64,000 nucleotides of DNA from Cirrosporium novae-zelandiae. Its lineage: Eukaryota. Made by a program: the position numbers and the translations under genes. Below are positions 61,457 to 64,000 of this stretch, in pieces. The notes under the pieces were generated by a model, which saw only the letters and a program-made list of their open reading frames with translations, was not told where the DNA came from and searched no databases. Numbering within the stretch: the stretch's first letter is position 1; the number at the start of each line of letters is the position of its first letter. The stretch covers positions 62,001-126,000 of the forward strand of contig JAPETS010000047.1 of NCBI GenBank assembly GCA_026023565.1, in the 5' to 3' direction.

Positions 61457-63672
61457 TCATACTTGTAAAAAGTTATGTCGTATATTCTGGAATATCATAA
61501 GAGCATCATGTGAAACCGGAGAATCTTTGGCGCTCTTGCTCAATATTTCTTCTGACACATGAATTAGTTCCTCTATCGCGTTCGGGTCTCCGCAATCACG
61601 GAGGAGCCAAAAGAGTGAGGGAGTAGCTTGAGCTAGAATCAGTGCCATTCCGGCGGCCATAAGACTATTGGGGCCAAATTAATTGGGCTATTCACAATCA
61701 CTTCTGAATTGACCAAGGGATATTATCACTTACGTCTGCAGTTCAATCCAGCTGCAAGATGACGTAAAGCATAGCCTTGTTCCCTGTCGATTTGGCTGCT
61801 GCTCTTCGATTCTCTTGCAAGTTAGTACGATGAGGGCAGCACTCTGTAGACATCTGCGGCAAGACTCGAACAACCAAAAGGTTGACGGATAGTCTTCTCG
61901 AGTATCCGCTAAGCGGGATGCCGAAAGCTCGAGGTCTTCATGCGCTAGATAATATAACATTGGCCGATGAAGAAGGAAACTGCAGGTGTAATAACGTAAT
62001 GCTAGGCTCTGAGAAAGTATTTATCAGTACCTTTAATCCAGGTTCCTACCACAAAAGAAGCTGGGTGCCTACGAGGACATTGTAAGAATTGATTTGAGAC
62101 GAAGTAGATTCTCTGGCACTGGAAACATCCTTTGGAAATTTAAAAAGAGGAGGTTGTCGATGATACCATTCATCCAGTCGGCTTTCTTGGAGAGTGACCA
62201 TCTGCATAATATCTCGTGGATGGCAATAGGCTTGATCAATGGTATAAAGCTCGCTCAGGGTTCGGTTCAAGTGAATCCTCAGCCAAATGTGGGCGGTCAT
62301 AGTATTGGTATCCAATGAAGGCAAATATGGCGACGGGATGCTATTAGGCAATAAAAGCCCACTACTAAGTCTCTCTGATATTTCTGAACTCGTCGGTGAG
62401 GGAGTCCCATCAACATGAGTCAGAAAATCACTTGATAAAGTGATATCAGCAATTTCAGCAAGACCATCCAACAGATTTAAGATATCCTTACCTTTCCTGC
62501 AGAAAATGAATATTCAAACAAGCTGGCCAATGTGCTGGAATAGTCAGATCCTTCCAGCCCCTTGAAAGCTGTCAACCAAATGGTGATATCAATACGGGAG
62601 AGGCGTAAACCCCATAATAAACAACCTAAATCTTACCTTTTAGCCCTCCTAGCAAGTCTATCACCAACCATCTCGATCATCCGAAGCGCATGATGTGGTC
62701 GTAGAAAACATATTGAGAAAATAATCACTGTAACTTGAAGTATGGGAATTGCGGTTTCATCAGGAAGAAAGTTTACCTTCCAAAAATGGGAGAGGGCTAT
62801 CCTGAAGCATGTATCAAAAGAGGCAGAAAGCGAAAAGCCCTGGTAGTTGGCAATGATAATTGACTCCTCAAATCGAGCTTGATGGAGCGCAATTGTCAGG
62901 ATTAAGAGTTCTTGGACTGAGCAAGCCGTCAACTGAAGCTGAACTTCGCCACCATCGATGCTTTGTGGGGGACAACGAGACCGCATGAGAGTCAGAATTT
63001 CATTCCGAGATATGGGAGAGCAATGATGTAATAGCTCCAGCAGGTCAATGCCCAAATCTGTAGCCTCAAAAAGCGCCTCAACACTAGCGATGGCCGAAGA
63101 AAGAGGAATGGTTGGTGAGCCATTCAGAGAGTTCCTCGTATCGACATCAAATGGATGGGCTTGTTCGGTGCGTTGAAGGTATTGCAGAGGCTCTATATTC
63201 GGAAGCGTAAGACATAGCCGGATTCTTGGCCAACATTGCGGCATTCGAAAGGTAGCCGCTGTATGAAGCTCTGGGAAGTGTGGATTCGGAGGAGAAATGT
63301 CACTGGTGGTTGAAAGAGTGCTGGGAAGCGGAACAGGGCTGGAGTGAGAATCTCCAATGCCATGGGCATCCAGATTGTCCAGTCGAGTTTCAATGCGATT
63401 GAGGCGAGCTAGGATATTGCCATCACTATATGGATAGAATGCTTAGTACATTCCATATCCTGAAAAGTAAACAACTGCAGCGCTCTAGTTGACAGGTATT
63501 CATACTTCTCAAGCAATGTTAGGGTCGGTCGGTAGACACAAGTTTTACCGGCGGCCTCACAATGGGAGCAGGTTGGTCGTCGTCCATCACATCTAGACTT
63601 TCTCGCCCGACAGATATCGCAAGCTAAGGAAGCTTTGAACTTCTTTCCAGGAGGAGGTGTACTGCTTGACAT
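61457..63672 (-). CDS. Zn(II)2Cys6 transcription factor, multi-exon
   Basis: ACDICRARKSRCDGRRPTCSHCEAAGKTCVY. Exon 2 gives a ILARLNRIETRLDNL coiled coil in frame with the 63244-62633 ORF, followed by fungal TF middle-region exons. Confidence 0.9.
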
Positions 63673-64000
63673 TGTGGATAGTGTGCAGATGGTAGAAAAG
63701 CATCATCAACGCCAGAATGATTCAAAAAGACAAGGGTCGTCATCGCCAGTGCACGCTAGTTTGATTCTGGTTAATTTCCGTGAATTATTTATATTTGTAG
63801 TTAGTTACTAGGATATTATGGTACCGAGATGTGGAGGTAAGACTGTTTCAGCCAGACGACCAGTCTACTCTTCTACTTGAAGCGTAGTTCAATCTGCCAG
63901 CCAGCCATAACCTCCACCAACATCTGAACGACTTCTGATTCCACAAACTTAATGATTTAGACTTTACATTTCCTTCATCTCCAGGGGCCGGATCGCTTAG

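Overview
This is a filamentous-ascomycete genomic window: short GT-AG introns with CTRAC/CTAAC branch points, a dispersed 5S rRNA gene, a Zn2Cys6 regulator and a fungal NLR-like gene. About 22 protein genes can be supported, several only after manual splicing (Pmp3-like, a 107-aa secreted protein, a His-rich repeat precursor, the transaldolase). The best candidate for an undescribed system is a compact 4-gene cluster at 55.1-63.7 kb. It holds a sugar porter, a full-length transaldolase-fold enzyme with fructose-6-phosphate-aldolase (FSA)-type active-site residues, a divergent intronless AnmK/levoglucosan-kinase-family enzyme, and a Zn2Cys6 factor. Three copies of a CGG-N8-CCG inverted repeat sit in the cluster's promoters. 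I infer a catabolic pathway for an anhydro-sugar, possibly an anhydro-ketose such as sedoheptulosan or 2,6-anhydrofructose. Other notable items are a secreted Kex2/Ste13-type His-rich repeat precursor, an effector-less NACHT-ankyrin NLR with an altered Walker B, a SIM+RING pseudogene broken by three C-to-T stops, and two fold-back elements. All family assignments come from motif recognition by eye; no database search was run.
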